The position numbers were made by a program, and so were the translations under genes. DNA of 64,000 nucleotides from an uncultured Gammaproteobacteria bacterium (lineage in GTDB: Bacteria; Pseudomonadota; Gammaproteobacteria; SURF-13), in the NCBI GenBank assembly GCA_947085325.1, contig CAMTVY010000010.1, positions 121,276 through 185,275 of the forward strand. The letters are read 5' to 3'. How positions within the stretch are numbered: the first letter of the stretch is position 1; each line of letters begins with the position of its first letter. The notes beneath the pieces are model-generated. The model was not told the DNA's origin. It saw only the letters and a program-made list of their open reading frames with translations, and did no database searches. Of this stretch, positions 1-12,769 are shown piece by piece.

Positions 1-2
1 CC

Positions 3-203
3 CCGCTGGACGAGGCCAATGTCGGCCGCTTCTGCCAGCTCATCAGCGAGATGTCGCAGCGTATCCAGTTCATCTACATCACGCACAACAAGGCCAGCAT
101 GGAAATGGCGCACCAGTTGATGGGCGTCACCATGCAGGAACCCGGCGTGTCACGTCTGGTGGCCGTGGACGTGGACGAAGCGGTGCAACTGGTTGCAAGC
201 TGA
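3..203 (+). CDS. smc: chromosome segregation protein SMC, C-terminal end (partial; gene starts upstream of the window)
   Basis: Frame-3 translation [56 protein letters not shown] matches the conserved SMC C-terminal ABC signature region. TGA at 201-203. Followed by zipA-ligA, as in Gammaproteobacteria. Confidence 0.8.
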   Translation, partial: PLDEANVGRFCQLISEMSQRIQFIYITHNKASMEMAHQLMGVTMQEPGVSRLVAVDVDEAVQLVAS

Positions 204-281
204 GTTGTTGCGGCCAGCAAGGGCCGCAAAGACGTTTTGATGTCAGCAACTATCGCTGCCTGAACTGCGGAGAGACATTGC

Positions 282-2913
<2,632 letters not shown>

Positions 2914-3008
2914 AAAACAGGGGGAGCGGACTTATCCCAACCCCATCAGGCACCTCCTTGGGTATTAATGGCGCCGTGCGCGTTAAACGTTAGCGGTTCG
3001 ATTTGCGG

Positions 3009-3908
3009 TTACATGCCCGGATTGACCACCAGGACATCGCAGCCGGCTTCGTAGATGACGTGCTTCGTTACACTGCCCAACAGCGCGTCCTCCCACCCGG
3101 ACTGGCCATGCTTGCCCATGACGATCAGATCCGGCCCGATCTGCTCCGCTTTTTCCAGAATTACGGCGGGGGCATAGCCATGTTCGACCATGTGGGATAC
3201 CCGGGCTTGATCAACCCCGCACTCAGAGACAAGCTGGCGCATTCCCTGGTTCGCCGCCTCGCGCGCCCGGGCACGATAACCGTGGATAACATCCTCGCTC
3301 ACCCCGGCGAAATGCATCCTGCCTTCGAACGGCACTTCGAACGCGTGCACCAGTGTGATGTCGGCCTGCGCGGCGATGCGCGCCGCCAGCGCCACCGCCT
3401 GCCGCGATGATTCGGAAAAGTCCACCGGCACCAGCACCCGGCGGTACGCGCCTTGCGGCTCGCGCTTGACGATCAACAGCGGGCGGGAGATTTTCCGCAG
3501 TACCTTCACGGCGGTGGCGCCGAGCAACAGCTCCCGTATATCACCCCCGCCGTGCGCACCCACGACCACAAGGCCGGCGTCAACCGCGTCGGCGTAAGCG
3601 GAAATCTCCGCATGGGTGCGGCCGATCTTGACACAGGAGTTAACCGGAGCAATACGGTGTTTTTCGCTGAGCCTGCGCCCGATATCCGCCAGTTGCTCCC
3701 TGGCCGAATCCACCAACCGCCGCTCCATCTTCTGAGGCGACTCCATGAGCAGGTGCCTGAGGGCTTCCAGCGGCGAGGCGGCGAGGACGTACAGCAGATC
3801 GAGCGACTCGCTGTCCAGCTCCCGAGCCAGCATGGCGGCCCGTGTTTCGGCGCGCGCCGCGTAAGAAGACAGATCGGTGGCGGCGACAATCCTCTTCATG
3901 GACACCAT
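3009..3908 (-). CDS. universal stress protein with tandem UspA domains
   Basis: Two USP domains (VVGAHGGGDIRELLLGATA and VMGKHGQSGWEDALLGSVT). The ATG at 3908 is preceded by AAGGAGG. The ORF track extends it to TTG 3926, but that would overlap the upstream antiporter stop. Confidence 0.85.
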   Translation of the reverse strand: MVSMKRIVAATDLSSYAARAETRAAMLARELDSESLDLLYVLAASPLEALRHLLMESPQKMERRLVDSAREQLADIGRRLSEKHRIAPVNSCVKIGRTHAEISAYADAVDAGLVVVGAHGGGDIRELLLGATAVKVLRKISRPLLIVKREPQGAYRRVLVPVDFSESSRQAVALAARIAAQADITLVHAFEVPFEGRMHFAGVSEDVIHGYRARAREAANQGMRQLVSECGVDQARVSHMVEHGYAPAVILEKAEQIGPDLIVMGKHGQSGWEDALLGSVTKHVIYEAGCDVLVVNPGM

Positions 3909-3909
3909 A

Positions 3910-5559
3910 TCAATCCTCCTTGGCAAATAGTTCTTTTGCGATAGTGTTTGCCGCGAAATCCGCCGCGTCGTCGAAAGGCATGAGCACCGTGTCTACGCCG
4001 GTCTGCGCCAGACACCCGGCGTCGCGTTCGGAATGGGCGGCCATGGCGATGCGCCCCTCAAATCCGTGCCGGCGTAGCGCGTCCAGCAGCGCCAGATTTA
4101 TTTCGATCTGGGGCAGGGTGCTCACCACCCAGCGCGCCCGGGACAAGGGCAGCGTCTCGGGAAAGACCGGATCCTCGGCATCGCCATAGCGCACCGCAAT
4201 GCCCTGGCGGCTGCACGCCGCCAGCGTCTGCGGGTCGAAATCCACCCCCAGCACACCGGCTCCCCGTTTGCGCAGGTAATCGGCGAGCCGCCGGCCGTAA
4301 CGGCCCATGCCGTACACAATCACGTCCGCCTCCCCGTGCGCCCCGGCCTGGCTCTCCACCTTCATCTCCCGGAACGGTTTCCGGCGTTCGAACGCGCCGA
4401 GCCAAGGCGCCAGCAGCCGGTACAGCTGCTGCGAATACAGGATCATATAGGTGGACAGGGCGATCGTCACCAGGCCGACCAGTGTCACCAGGCTCAGCGC
4501 GTCCTGTCCGACATGGCCCAGACTGACGCCCATGACGATGAAGATGATGGAAAACTCGCTGATTTGCGCCACCGTCAGCCCGGCCAGAAACCCTGTGCGT
4601 TTGCGGTAACCCATGTAGCCCATGATCGCCATCACGATAAGCGGGTTGCCGACCAGCACGAACAACGACAATGCCGCAGCGGCGGCCACCCCTTCGCCGA
4701 GGGCGGAAATATCCAGCTTGGCTCCGAGGTCGAGGAAAAAAAACAGCAGCAAAAAATCCCGCAGGCTGACGAGCCGCGTGCTGATGGCCTCCCGGTAGCT
4801 GGTGGAGGCGAGGGAAAATCCCGCCAGGAACGCCCCGACCTCCTTGCTGAAACCGAGGGCCTCCCCGGCGGTCGCCAGCGATGTGCCCCAGGCAATGGCG
4901 AACAGGAGCAAGAGCTCCGGCGAATGCGCCAGCATGGGCAGGAGGCGCGGGAAGACGTAGCGCATCAACAGAGCGATGAGCACCAGCGCGGCGGCCACCT
5001 TGAACACGATCACTGCGGCGGTGGTGACGAGCCCGCTTTCGCCGCCGCCGACGTTATAGGCGCTCAGCATCATCATCGCCAGCACCACCGCGATATCCTG
5101 CACGATCAGGAAGCCCATCGCGATGCGTCCGTGCAGCGAATCAATTTCGCGCTTGTCGGATAACAGCTTGACGATGATGATGGTGCTGGAAAAGGTCAGC
5201 GCGATGGCGACGTACAGCGCCGTCAGGTGAGGCATGCCGAAGGCCAGCGCGATCAGATAGCCGAATACCGTGGTGAAAACGATTTGTCCGATGCCGGTCG
5301 CCAATGCCACCGGCCCCAGGTGCTTGACCAGGTGCAGGTCGAGCTTCAGCCCCACCACGAACAGCAGCAGCGTCACCCCTATTTGCGCCAGCAAATCAAT
5401 CTGGTCGTGCGCCGTCACCCAGCCGAGCACGGCCGGGCCGACCACGATCCCCACCGCGATAAACGCCACGATCAGCGGCTGGCGCAACCTGACCGCGATG
5501 GCCCCCGCCAGGGCCGAAATCAGCAGGAGCGCGGTGAATTCGTAATAGACGCTTCCCAT
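3910..5559 (-). CDS. KefB/KefC-type monovalent cation:proton antiporter (CPA2) with C-terminal RCK/TrkA-N domain
   Basis: About 12 TM helices followed by a VIVYGMGRYGRRLADYLRKRGAGVLGVD Rossmann (RCK) domain. Start taken at MGSVYYEF (5559). The USP gene lies immediately downstream on the same strand. Confidence 0.85.
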   Translation of the reverse strand: MGSVYYEFTALLLISALAGAIAVRLRQPLIVAFIAVGIVVGPAVLGWVTAHDQIDLLAQIGVTLLLFVVGLKLDLHLVKHLGPVALATGIGQIVFTTVFGYLIALAFGMPHLTALYVAIALTFSSTIIIVKLLSDKREIDSLHGRIAMGFLIVQDIAVVLAMMMLSAYNVGGGESGLVTTAAVIVFKVAAALVLIALLMRYVFPRLLPMLAHSPELLLLFAIAWGTSLATAGEALGFSKEVGAFLAGFSLASTSYREAISTRLVSLRDFLLLFFFLDLGAKLDISALGEGVAAAAALSLFVLVGNPLIVMAIMGYMGYRKRTGFLAGLTVAQISEFSIIFIVMGVSLGHVGQDALSLVTLVGLVTIALSTYMILYSQQLYRLLAPWLGAFERRKPFREMKVESQAGAHGEADVIVYGMGRYGRRLADYLRKRGAGVLGVDFDPQTLAACSRQGIAVRYGDAEDPVFPETLPLSRARWVVSTLPQIEINLALLDALRRHGFEGRIAMAAHSERDAGCLAQTGVDTVLMPFDDAADFAANTIAKELFAKED

Positions 5560-5684
5560 TTCTTCCGGATATGTTGTTGCATTATGTTGGCTGGCATCGT
5601 GCCACAAGGCGGAAGATGAAGGAAGCGTTACTCAGCCTGGCCGCACGGCGTTTTTAACGCAAATTGGAATAAGTCAGGGATCCC

Positions 5685-7430
5685 TTAACTTAGCCGGGCA
5701 GTCTTGGCGAGTTTCAGCCCCACCTTCGCGATCACGTCGTGGTCAATCTCCCGCACCGTGATGGTGACGCTCCCCCATGCCACCCGATCCCCGACAACAA
5801 GCTTGCGGTTGAGCCGGCGCTCCATCAGTTCCGCCAAGGTCAAGGGCTGCTCATCCGGCTCCAGAGCAGCGCCATAAATTGCCGCCACGTCGGTTGCGCG
5901 GGCTGATCCGTTCAACACAAACTCCCCGAAGAAGCGTTGCGTGGAGAGCGGGCCTTCGGCGGGCAGCCGGGCGAAAGCGCGCGCCAGCTTCTCATAGTCT
6001 CCTCCCACAGCTATCACCACGGCCACGTCGCCGACCGTGTACTCCGTCTTCTTGCCCGGAAACACGAGTTGCCCCTCGCGGGCGAGGGCGACACATACCG
6101 CCGAGGTCTCCGGCATAACGCTCCCCAGCAGTTCATTGACGAGGCGACCGATGCATGGCGCATCCGCTTCGACGGGAATCTGGAGCAAGTCGGCGGGCCG
6201 GGAGAGCGGGAGCGCCAGTTCGATGCGATCGATCGGCTCTGCCTGCTGGGGTACCTGCACACGAAACAGGCGCGCAATCCAGGGCATCGTCGAGCCTTGC
6301 GCCACGAGTGATACCAGGACTACAGCGAAAGCCACATGGAACAACAGCGCTGAGTCCTTGATCCCCGCCATCACGGGAAACAGTGCCAGCACGATGGGCA
6401 CCGCGCCGCGCAGCCCCACCCAGGCGATGAAGCCCACCTCGCGGCGCGGAAAATGAAACGGCAGCAGGCTCAGCCAGATGGCGACGGGACGGGCGACCAG
6501 CATCAGAAAGACGGCTACGAGGACGGCGCTGGGCGCGTCCACCAATAGCTTGGTGGGTGTCACCAGCAGCCCCAGCACGAGAAACATGCCGGCTTGCGAG
6601 AGCCAGGCGAGGCCGTCCATGACCCGCAACACATGCCCGGTGGCGTGGGTGCGCCGATTGCCGATCAGCAGCCCGGCCAGATAGATGGCCAGAAAACCGC
6701 TGCCGCCCAGAAGGTTCACCGCCGCGAATAGCGCCAGACCTCCTGAGGCGATGAGCAGGGCATAGAGACCTTCGGCGAGACGCACCCGTTCCAGCAAGCG
6801 CGCCAGCAGGAATCCGCCCAGCGCCCCGCCCGCCGCGCCCAGTCCGAACTGTTGGGTAAAACTCCAGAGCAAGTCCACCGATCCCGGCGATTGTCCTGCC
6901 TTGATCCACTCGACCATGACAATCACCAGGAAAATCGCCATCGGGTCATTTGCGCCGGATTCGATTTCCAGCGTTGACCTCACACGCTCGTTGAGCCGGA
7001 TGCCACTTTGGCGCAGCAACGAGAACACCGCCGCCGCGTCGGTCGAACCCACGATGGCCCCGAGCAGCAAGCCGTAACGCCACTCCAGACCAAGCGCCCA
7101 TACCGTAAATGCAGCCACCAAGCCAGCCGTGGCGATGACGCCGAACGTCGCCAGCGCCAGGGCCGGGCGCAGGGCGACGCGGAAGGTCTGCATATTCGTC
7201 CGCAGCCCCCCATCGAGCAGGATGATGGCGAGCGCCAAGTTGCCGATGAAGAACGCGGTTTGGAAATCGCTGAACTGGATGCGCCCGGGGCCATCTTCAC
7301 CGGCAAGCATTCCCACGCCGAGAAAGATCAGCAGCAACGGCAGGCCAAGCCGAGTCGCCAGCAGGCTCGCGAGCACACTCACGAACAACAGCAGGCCGAT
7401 CAAGAAAAGGAGAGTATTGGCTGTTTCCAT
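5685..7430 (-). CDS. nhaP2: K+/H+ antiporter NhaP2 (CPA1 family) with C-terminal TrkA-C domain
   Basis: CPA1 Na_H_Exchanger core plus a C-terminal TrkA-C regulatory domain, as in CvrA/NhaP2. Start chosen at METANTLLFLIGL; the upstream extension to 7541 is unsupported. Confidence 0.85.
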   Translation of the reverse strand: METANTLLFLIGLLLFVSVLASLLATRLGLPLLLIFLGVGMLAGEDGPGRIQFSDFQTAFFIGNLALAIILLDGGLRTNMQTFRVALRPALALATFGVIATAGLVAAFTVWALGLEWRYGLLLGAIVGSTDAAAVFSLLRQSGIRLNERVRSTLEIESGANDPMAIFLVIVMVEWIKAGQSPGSVDLLWSFTQQFGLGAAGGALGGFLLARLLERVRLAEGLYALLIASGGLALFAAVNLLGGSGFLAIYLAGLLIGNRRTHATGHVLRVMDGLAWLSQAGMFLVLGLLVTPTKLLVDAPSAVLVAVFLMLVARPVAIWLSLLPFHFPRREVGFIAWVGLRGAVPIVLALFPVMAGIKDSALLFHVAFAVVLVSLVAQGSTMPWIARLFRVQVPQQAEPIDRIELALPLSRPADLLQIPVEADAPCIGRLVNELLGSVMPETSAVCVALAREGQLVFPGKKTEYTVGDVAVVIAVGGDYEKLARAFARLPAEGPLSTQRFFGEFVLNGSARATDVAAIYGAALEPDEQPLTLAELMERRLNRKLVVGDRVAWGSVTITVREIDHDVIAKVGLKLAKTARLS

Positions 7431-7788
7431 CCCAAGGGTAAGCCGCAGAGGAACTTGGTTCGATTGCCGCAGGAACATGCGGCCTGAGCTAATCCTATGC
7501 CAAGCTTGACATAGAAAACCACTCGTCGCCAGAATGTGCATCGAGCCGCCCTACTATTGCACTGATGCTTATTGGCGATCAGGAATTGAATCGGAGAAAG
7601 CAGCTGAGTTTATTTTTTTGTGAGGTTGTTTTTGTTGCAGGGCCCAATGCGGCCGCTCGCCGCTGAACCAGTGAGTGCCCGGATGGAATGAAATGAAATC
7701 CAGGAATTAATAATGAGGCCCGCAAAATCAATGGGCCAGACTCTGAGCCCTTTAATGCCTCCCTGCTGAAAATACTGCGGACGTAAAA

Positions 7789-7830
7789 AAACCGGCAAGC
7801 TGCATAAACAGCTTGCCGGTTTTTTGTTGA
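7789..7830. terminator. bidirectional rho-independent terminator hairpin downstream of the ppiC-type gene
   Basis: GCCGGCAAGCTG-cataaa-CAGCTTGCCGGT, a perfect 12-bp stem flanked by A7 on one side and T6 on the other. Confidence 0.65.
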
Positions 7831-7833
7831 GCG

Positions 7834-8727
7834 CTACTTGTCCGCTGGTGCTTCTGGTGCGGCAGCAGGTTCTGCGGGCTTCGTGGCCGGTGCGTCCTTG
7901 ATCTCGATCTTGGCCTTGCTCTTGAGCGTGGTGAGGTAGGTTTCGATATCCTTGTTCTGGAGAATGGAGCGGATGTTGTCCTTCACCTTTTCGAATGCCG
8001 GGGGCTGGATGTCACGCGTGTCTTCCAGCTTGATGATGTGCCAGCCAAACTGCGTCTGCACCGGGGTCTTGGTGTAGGTGCCTTTTTCCATGGTCTTTAC
8101 TGCATCACCAAAGGGTTGCACCATCTGTCCGGCTTCAAACCAGTTCAGGTTGCCGCCTTCCTTGGCCGAGCCGGTATCCTGGGATTTCTCCTTGGCGAGT
8201 GCGGCAAAGTCACCACCCTTGTCGAGTTGGGTAATGATGGCCTTGGCTTCGTCTTCGGTCTTCACCAGGATATGGCGTGCGTGATATTCCTTTCCGGTCA
8301 TCGCGCCTATGCGGCTTTCATATTCCTTTTGCAGGGCCTCATCGCTGAACTTGATGGACTCGATGTGAGCGCTGATGGCGGCGCCAGCGAGGATGTTGCG
8401 CGTCTGGTTTGCAATTTCGGCGGCGACATCGGGTTTCTTGTCCAGGCCTTTCTTTATGGCCTCGTTGTAAATCAGCTCACGGCTAATGAGTTCGTCTAGG
8501 GTTACCTTGCGATCTTCCTCGTCGTTGCCGGTAGTTGGACGCGACATGGCACGCTGGCGCGCGTAGGCATCGTAGGCCGCCTGCTGGATGGCGACACCAT
8601 TGACGATTGCAATGGGTGTGGCGGAGGCAGTGCTGCCGGATGTGCTCTCTGGTTTGTTGTTGCAGGCGGAGATGAACGCCGTGCTGAACAGGACGGCGGC
8701 GAGTGCGATGGTTTTCATGGATAACAT
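7834..8727 (-). CDS. PpiC/parvulin-type peptidyl-prolyl cis-trans isomerase, lipoprotein
   Basis: Signal peptide with lipobox FISAC. Rotamase domain (GKEYHARHILVKTEDEAKAI...GGDFAALAKEKSQD...FGWHIIKLED). Confidence 0.8.
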   Translation of the reverse strand: MLSMKTIALAAVLFSTAFISACNNKPESTSGSTASATPIAIVNGVAIQQAAYDAYARQRAMSRPTTGNDEEDRKVTLDELISRELIYNEAIKKGLDKKPDVAAEIANQTRNILAGAAISAHIESIKFSDEALQKEYESRIGAMTGKEYHARHILVKTEDEAKAIITQLDKGGDFAALAKEKSQDTGSAKEGGNLNWFEAGQMVQPFGDAVKTMEKGTYTKTPVQTQFGWHIIKLEDTRDIQPPAFEKVKDNIRSILQNKDIETYLTTLKSKAKIEIKDAPATKPAEPAAAPEAPADK

Positions 8728-8731
8728 GTGG

Positions 8732-9019
8732 CTAGTCCTTGGTGGGGTCAAATTCTTCGGGGGTCAATGCCCGTATGCTGAGCGCGTGAATTTCAGAGTG
8801 CATCTCGCGCGCCAGTGCATCATATACCAGTCGATGCCGTGCGAGCAGCCCCATGCCGGCGAAAGTCCCGGCCACGACGGTGACGTTGAAGTGGCCGCCG
8901 CCGGCCTGGGCGCCGGCATGGCCTGCATGTTTATGGCTTTCGTCGCTGATGACAAGGTGGTCGGGCGCAAGGGCGGCGGTCAGGCGTGCCCGGATGGTGT
9001 CGACGCGCGCGGCGGTCAC
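8732..9019 (-). CDS. bolA: BolA family transcriptional regulator
   Basis: IRARLTAALAPDHLVISDESHKHAGH...HFNVTVV is the BolA fold motif. GTG start. Confidence 0.8.
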   Translation of the reverse strand: MTAARVDTIRARLTAALAPDHLVISDESHKHAGHAGAQAGGGHFNVTVVAGTFAGMGLLARHRLVYDALAREMHSEIHALSIRALTPEEFDPTKD

Positions 9020-9318
9020 TATGGCAGCACCTGTTTGAAGGGCCTTACCGTGACGTGGGCATATACGCCTGCGCTGCGATACGGGTCGGCCTCGGCCCAG
9101 GCCTCGGCCTCGGCGAGCGAGCCGAATTCGGCGACGATCAGGCTGCCGGTAAATCCGGCGGGACCGGGGTCGGGGCTGTCGATGGCAGGGTGCGGGCCAG
9201 CCAGCACCAGCCGTCCGGCATCGCGCAGTGCATGTAGTCGCGCGAGGTGGGCGGCGCGTGCGGCGCCGCGCAGCGCGAGACTGTCCGGAACATCTTCTCC
9301 GTAGATGGCGTAGAGCAT
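9019..9318 (-). CDS. yciI: YciI family protein
   Basis: [17 protein letters not shown]... about 100 aa, YciI-like. The stop overlaps the bolA start by 1 nt. Confidence 0.8.
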   Translation of the reverse strand: MLYAIYGEDVPDSLALRGAARAAHLARLHALRDAGRLVLAGPHPAIDSPDPGPAGFTGSLIVAEFGSLAEAEAWAEADPYRSAGVYAHVTVRPFKQVLP

Positions 9319-9319
9319 G

Positions 9320-9862
9320 TTATTTTTCGTCCGTGGGGGGCGGCAGGTAGCGCGACAGGTACACCGCTTGCAGGATGACAAACAGCAGCGTCAGGCCCAC
9401 GATGCCGAACAGCTTGAAATTGACCCAGGTGTCGGTGTCGAAGTAATACACCACGTACAGGTTGGCGAACCCGAGCACGCAGAAGAACACTGTCCAGCTC
9501 AGATTGAGCCGCTTCCAGAGGGTGGCGGGCAGTGTCATGCTGCCCCCCATCATGCGCTGGGTGAGGTTTTTGCTGCCCAGATACTGGCTGCCGAGAAAGG
9601 CCGCGGCGAACAGCCAGTTCAGCACCGTGGGTTTCCATTTGATGAACATCTCGTCCTTGAGCAGCAGGGTGGCGCCGCCAAACACCACAATCAGCGCCAG
9701 GGTGACGAGATGCATGGTTTCGAACCGCCGGTGCTTGAGCCAGAACGCACCCACCTGCACAAAAGAGGCGGCAATGGCCACGGCGGTGGCGACATAGATG
9801 TCGTAGACCTTGTAGGCGGCAAAGAACAGCAGGATGGGGAATAGATCAAACAGGAATTTCAT
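9320..9862 (-). CDS. yciB: intracellular septation protein A (YciB/IspZ)
   Basis: [19 protein letters not shown]..., a 5-TM protein, with the yciB-yciI neighbourhood conserved. Confidence 0.9.
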   Translation of the reverse strand: MKFLFDLFPILLFFAAYKVYDIYVATAVAIAASFVQVGAFWLKHRRFETMHLVTLALIVVFGGATLLLKDEMFIKWKPTVLNWLFAAAFLGSQYLGSKNLTQRMMGGSMTLPATLWKRLNLSWTVFFCVLGFANLYVVYYFDTDTWVNFKLFGIVGLTLLFVILQAVYLSRYLPPPTDEK

Positions 9863-9893
9863 GGCGCTATTTTAGCAGGGACAGCGGGTGATA

Positions 9894-12458
9894 TTACGGT
9901 GGCAGCAGGTTTTTCAGGCGATACAGGGTTTCGAGTGCCTGGCGCGGTGTAAGTTCATCGGGTTTGAGCGCGCGCAAGGTCTCGGTCAGGACATGCGGTG
10001 GCGTGGGCGCAAGCAGCGGCAATTGTGCGCTGTTCGCGGGCGGCATCTGCCCGCCCTGTTCGAGCGCGTACAGGCGCTGCTTGGCCTGTGTGATCACTGC
10101 CTGCGGCACACCCGCCAGCGCCGCCACCTGCAGGCCGTAGCTCTGGTTGGCCGGGCCGTCCTTGACGGCGTGCAGGAATACTATGCCGTCGCCGTGCTCG
10201 GCCGCGTCGAGGTGCACATTGGCGCAGGCGGGCAACTGCTCGGGCAGTGTGGTCAACTCGAAGTAGTGGGTGGCAAACAGGGTGTACGCGCCGAGCCGTG
10301 CGGCGAGATAGTGGGCACAGGCCCAGGCGAGCGAGAGACCGTCGAAGGTGCTGGTGCCGCGCCCGACCTCGTCCATCAGCACCAGACTTTCACGCGTGGC
10401 GTTGTGCAGGATGGTGGCGGTTTCCGTCATCTCGACCATGAAGGTGGAGCGCCCGCCCGCCAGATCGTCGGAGCTGCCGATGCGGGTGAAGATACGGTCG
10501 ATCGGGCCTATCGTCGCCCGCGCCGCAGGCACATAGCTGCCGATGTGGGCCAACAGCACGATGAGCGCGATCTGGCGCATGTAGGTGGATTTGCCGCCCA
10601 TATTGGGGCCGGTGATGATGAGCAGGCGGCGGTTGTCGTTGAGCTCGATATCGTTCGGCACAAACGGCGTGTCGAGTGACGCCTCCACAATCGGGTGGCG
10701 CCCGTCAATGATGGTAATGCCCGCCGTGGCGCTGAGTTCCGGTGCGCGCCAGTCCAGGCTGTCCGCGCGTTCGGCGAGCGTGGCGAGCACGTCAATTTCG
10801 GCCAGCGCGGCGGCGCACTGTTGCAGCGGAATCAGCAGAGTGACCAGCGCTTCGAGCAACTGGTCGTACAGCATTTTTTCGCGCGCCAGCGCACGTTCAG
10901 CGGCGGAGAGCGCCTTGTCTTCGAAGCTTTTCAGTTCCGGCGTGATGTAGCGTTCGGCGCCTTTCAGTGTCTGGCGGCGTTGGTAGTCGTCAGGAATTTT
11001 GCCGGACTGGGCGCGGCTGACTTCAATGTAATAACCGTGTACGCGATTGTAATTCACCTTGAGCGTAGCGATGCCGGTGCGCTCACGCTCGCGCGTCTCC
11101 AGCGCCAGCAGATAGCCGCCCGCGTTCTCGCGTAATTCGCGCAACTCGTCCAGCTCGGCATCGAAGCCGGGCGCGATCACGCCGCCGTCGCGGATCAGCA
11201 TGGGCGGGTTTTCCACCAGCGTCCGCAGCAGGTGCTGATGCAGGGCGGCATGGTCGCCGGTCTGCTGCGCCAGTTCAGCGATGCGCGGTGCATCCAGCCG
11301 AACCAGCAGGGCATGCACGGCGGGCAGCAAGCCGAGCGCCGTGCGCAGTTGCGCGAGATCACGCGGGCGGGCCGATTTGAGCGCCACCCGCGCGAGGATG
11401 CGTTCGATATCGCCGATGCCGCGCAATACCTCATGCAACGGCTGATAGCGCTGATCTTCCAGCAGCACGCCGAGGCTGTGCTGACGCATGCGCAGCACGC
11501 TGTGGTTGCGCAACGGCCGGTTGATCCAGCGCTTGAGCAAGCGGCTGCCCATGGCGGTGGCAGTGTGATCGAGCACGCCGCAGAGGGTGTGCTGGTGCGC
11601 GCCCGACAGGCTGAACTCGATCTCCAGATTGCGGCGGCTGGCGGCATCGAGCAGCAGGGCGTCGCTGCGGTTTTCCAGGCTGAGCGTGTGCAGGTGGGGC
11701 AGGCGGCTGCGCTGTGTGTCCTGCACGTAGGCCAGCAGGGCGCCCGCTGCGGCGATACCCAGCAGCGCCTGCGCGCAGCCGAAACCGGCCAGGTCGCGGG
11801 TGCCGAATTGGGTGCACAGCAGGCGCGTGGCCGTGTCGAGGTCGAAGTGCCACGGTGCCACCCGCCGTACGCCACGCCAGCCGTTCAGCGCTGCGATGGG
11901 GGCCAGGGCCTCGTTCACCAGTATTTCCGCCGGTCGCAGACGCTCAAGCTCGATCGCCAGCGCCTCTTCTCCCTCCATCTCGAGCACGCTGAAGCGGCCG
12001 CCTCCCAGATCGAGCGCCGCCAGCCCGAACCGGCCCTGCTGGGCATGCAGGCAGACGATCAGGGCGTCGCGCCGCTCCTCCAGCAGCGCCTCGTCGGTGA
12101 CCGTGCCGGGTGTGATGATGCGCGCCACTTTGCGCTCCACCGGGCCCTTGCTCCTGGCCGGATCGCCGACCTGTTCGCAGACCGCGACCGACTCCCCGGC
12201 GCGCACCAGCCGCGCAAGATAGACGTCGGCGGCATGATAGGGCACGCCCGCCATCGGGATCGGCGCGCCGCCCGACTGGCCGCGCGCCGTGAGCGTGATG
12301 TCGAGCAGGCGGGCGGCCTTGCGCGCGTCCTCGAAAAACAGTTCGTAGAAATCCCCCATGCGGTAAAACAGCAGCGTATCCGGGTGTTCGGCCTTGATGC
12401 GCAGATATTGCTGCATGACGGGCGTGTGCTGCGCCCCTGGGGTGTCGGGTTTGTTCAT
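9894..12458 (-). CDS. mutS: DNA mismatch repair protein MutS
   Basis: Full-length MutS ([35 protein letters not shown], the Walker A motif [13 protein letters not shown], and the MutS C-terminal domains). Confidence 0.97.
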   Translation of the reverse strand: MNKPDTPGAQHTPVMQQYLRIKAEHPDTLLFYRMGDFYELFFEDARKAARLLDITLTARGQSGGAPIPMAGVPYHAADVYLARLVRAGESVAVCEQVGDPARSKGPVERKVARIITPGTVTDEALLEERRDALIVCLHAQQGRFGLAALDLGGGRFSVLEMEGEEALAIELERLRPAEILVNEALAPIAALNGWRGVRRVAPWHFDLDTATRLLCTQFGTRDLAGFGCAQALLGIAAAGALLAYVQDTQRSRLPHLHTLSLENRSDALLLDAASRRNLEIEFSLSGAHQHTLCGVLDHTATAMGSRLLKRWINRPLRNHSVLRMRQHSLGVLLEDQRYQPLHEVLRGIGDIERILARVALKSARPRDLAQLRTALGLLPAVHALLVRLDAPRIAELAQQTGDHAALHQHLLRTLVENPPMLIRDGGVIAPGFDAELDELRELRENAGGYLLALETRERERTGIATLKVNYNRVHGYYIEVSRAQSGKIPDDYQRRQTLKGAERYITPELKSFEDKALSAAERALAREKMLYDQLLEALVTLLIPLQQCAAALAEIDVLATLAERADSLDWRAPELSATAGITIIDGRHPIVEASLDTPFVPNDIELNDNRRLLIITGPNMGGKSTYMRQIALIVLLAHIGSYVPAARATIGPIDRIFTRIGSSDDLAGGRSTFMVEMTETATILHNATRESLVLMDEVGRGTSTFDGLSLAWACAHYLAARLGAYTLFATHYFELTTLPEQLPACANVHLDAAEHGDGIVFLHAVKDGPANQSYGLQVAALAGVPQAVITQAKQRLYALEQGGQMPPANSAQLPLLAPTPPHVLTETLRALKPDELTPRQALETLYRLKNLLPP

Positions 12459-12546
12459 CTTGCCAGTGTAGCGAAACTGCGGAGGCCTTGTCTGTCCGGT
12501 ATTGCTTGCGCCAAGCCCGTTCTGGCGCGGCAGAGCGGGTTATTAC

Positions 12547-12575
12547 TTGAACCAGCAGGGAATTTTTTGTATAGT
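12547..12575 (+). promoter_or_regulatory. sigma70-type promoter for metY (tRNA-fMet) and the rimP-nusA-infB operon
   Basis: TTGAAC, then a 17-nt spacer, then TATAGT. The -10 ends 11 nt before the tRNA 5' end. Confidence 0.55.
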
Positions 12576-12586
12576 AGCTGGTCTAT

Positions 12587-12663
12587 TGCGGGGTGGAGCA
12601 GTCTGGCAGCTCGTCGGGCTCATAACCCGAAGGTCGCAGGTTCAAATCCTGCCCCCGCTACCA
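12587..12663 (+). tRNA. metY: initiator tRNA-fMet (anticodon CAT)
   Basis: Cloverleaf nearly identical to E. coli tRNA-fMet, including the three G-C pairs of the anticodon stem and an unpaired 1:72 (here U1/U72). Encoded CCA. Lies upstream of rimP as in E. coli metY. Confidence 0.9.
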
Positions 12664-12730
12664 GAGTTATCGTGATGGGCCGGTTTGGCTGGGTCTGTAA
12701 GTGGGCCTGCATGTAAAGTGGTTTGAGGGA

Positions 12731-12757
12731 AGTGGGCCTTGTGCCCACTTTTTGTTT
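12731..12757 (+). terminator. rho-independent terminator/attenuator between metY and rimP
   Basis: GTGGGC-cttgt-GCCCAC followed by TTTTTGTTTG. E. coli has a partial terminator at the equivalent position. Confidence 0.55.
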
Positions 12758-12769
12758 GTGGGGGCGATT

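Noticed and set aside
7542-7833. 62-aa ORF (7610..7798, minus) and possible small RNA in the AT-rich ppiC-nhaP2 gap
   Set aside because: No motif, no ribosome-binding site, and it overlaps the terminator hairpin. The region more plausibly holds the nhaP2 promoter plus the ppiC terminator. The ligA-end mini-copy is reported separately.
11232-12716. 494-aa plus-strand ORF
   Set aside because: It runs antisense through mutS and across the tRNA-fMet gene, with Ala/Arg/Gly-rich low-complexity translation typical of mirror-frame ORFs in high-GC DNA. mutS on the opposite strand has an unambiguous full-length match.
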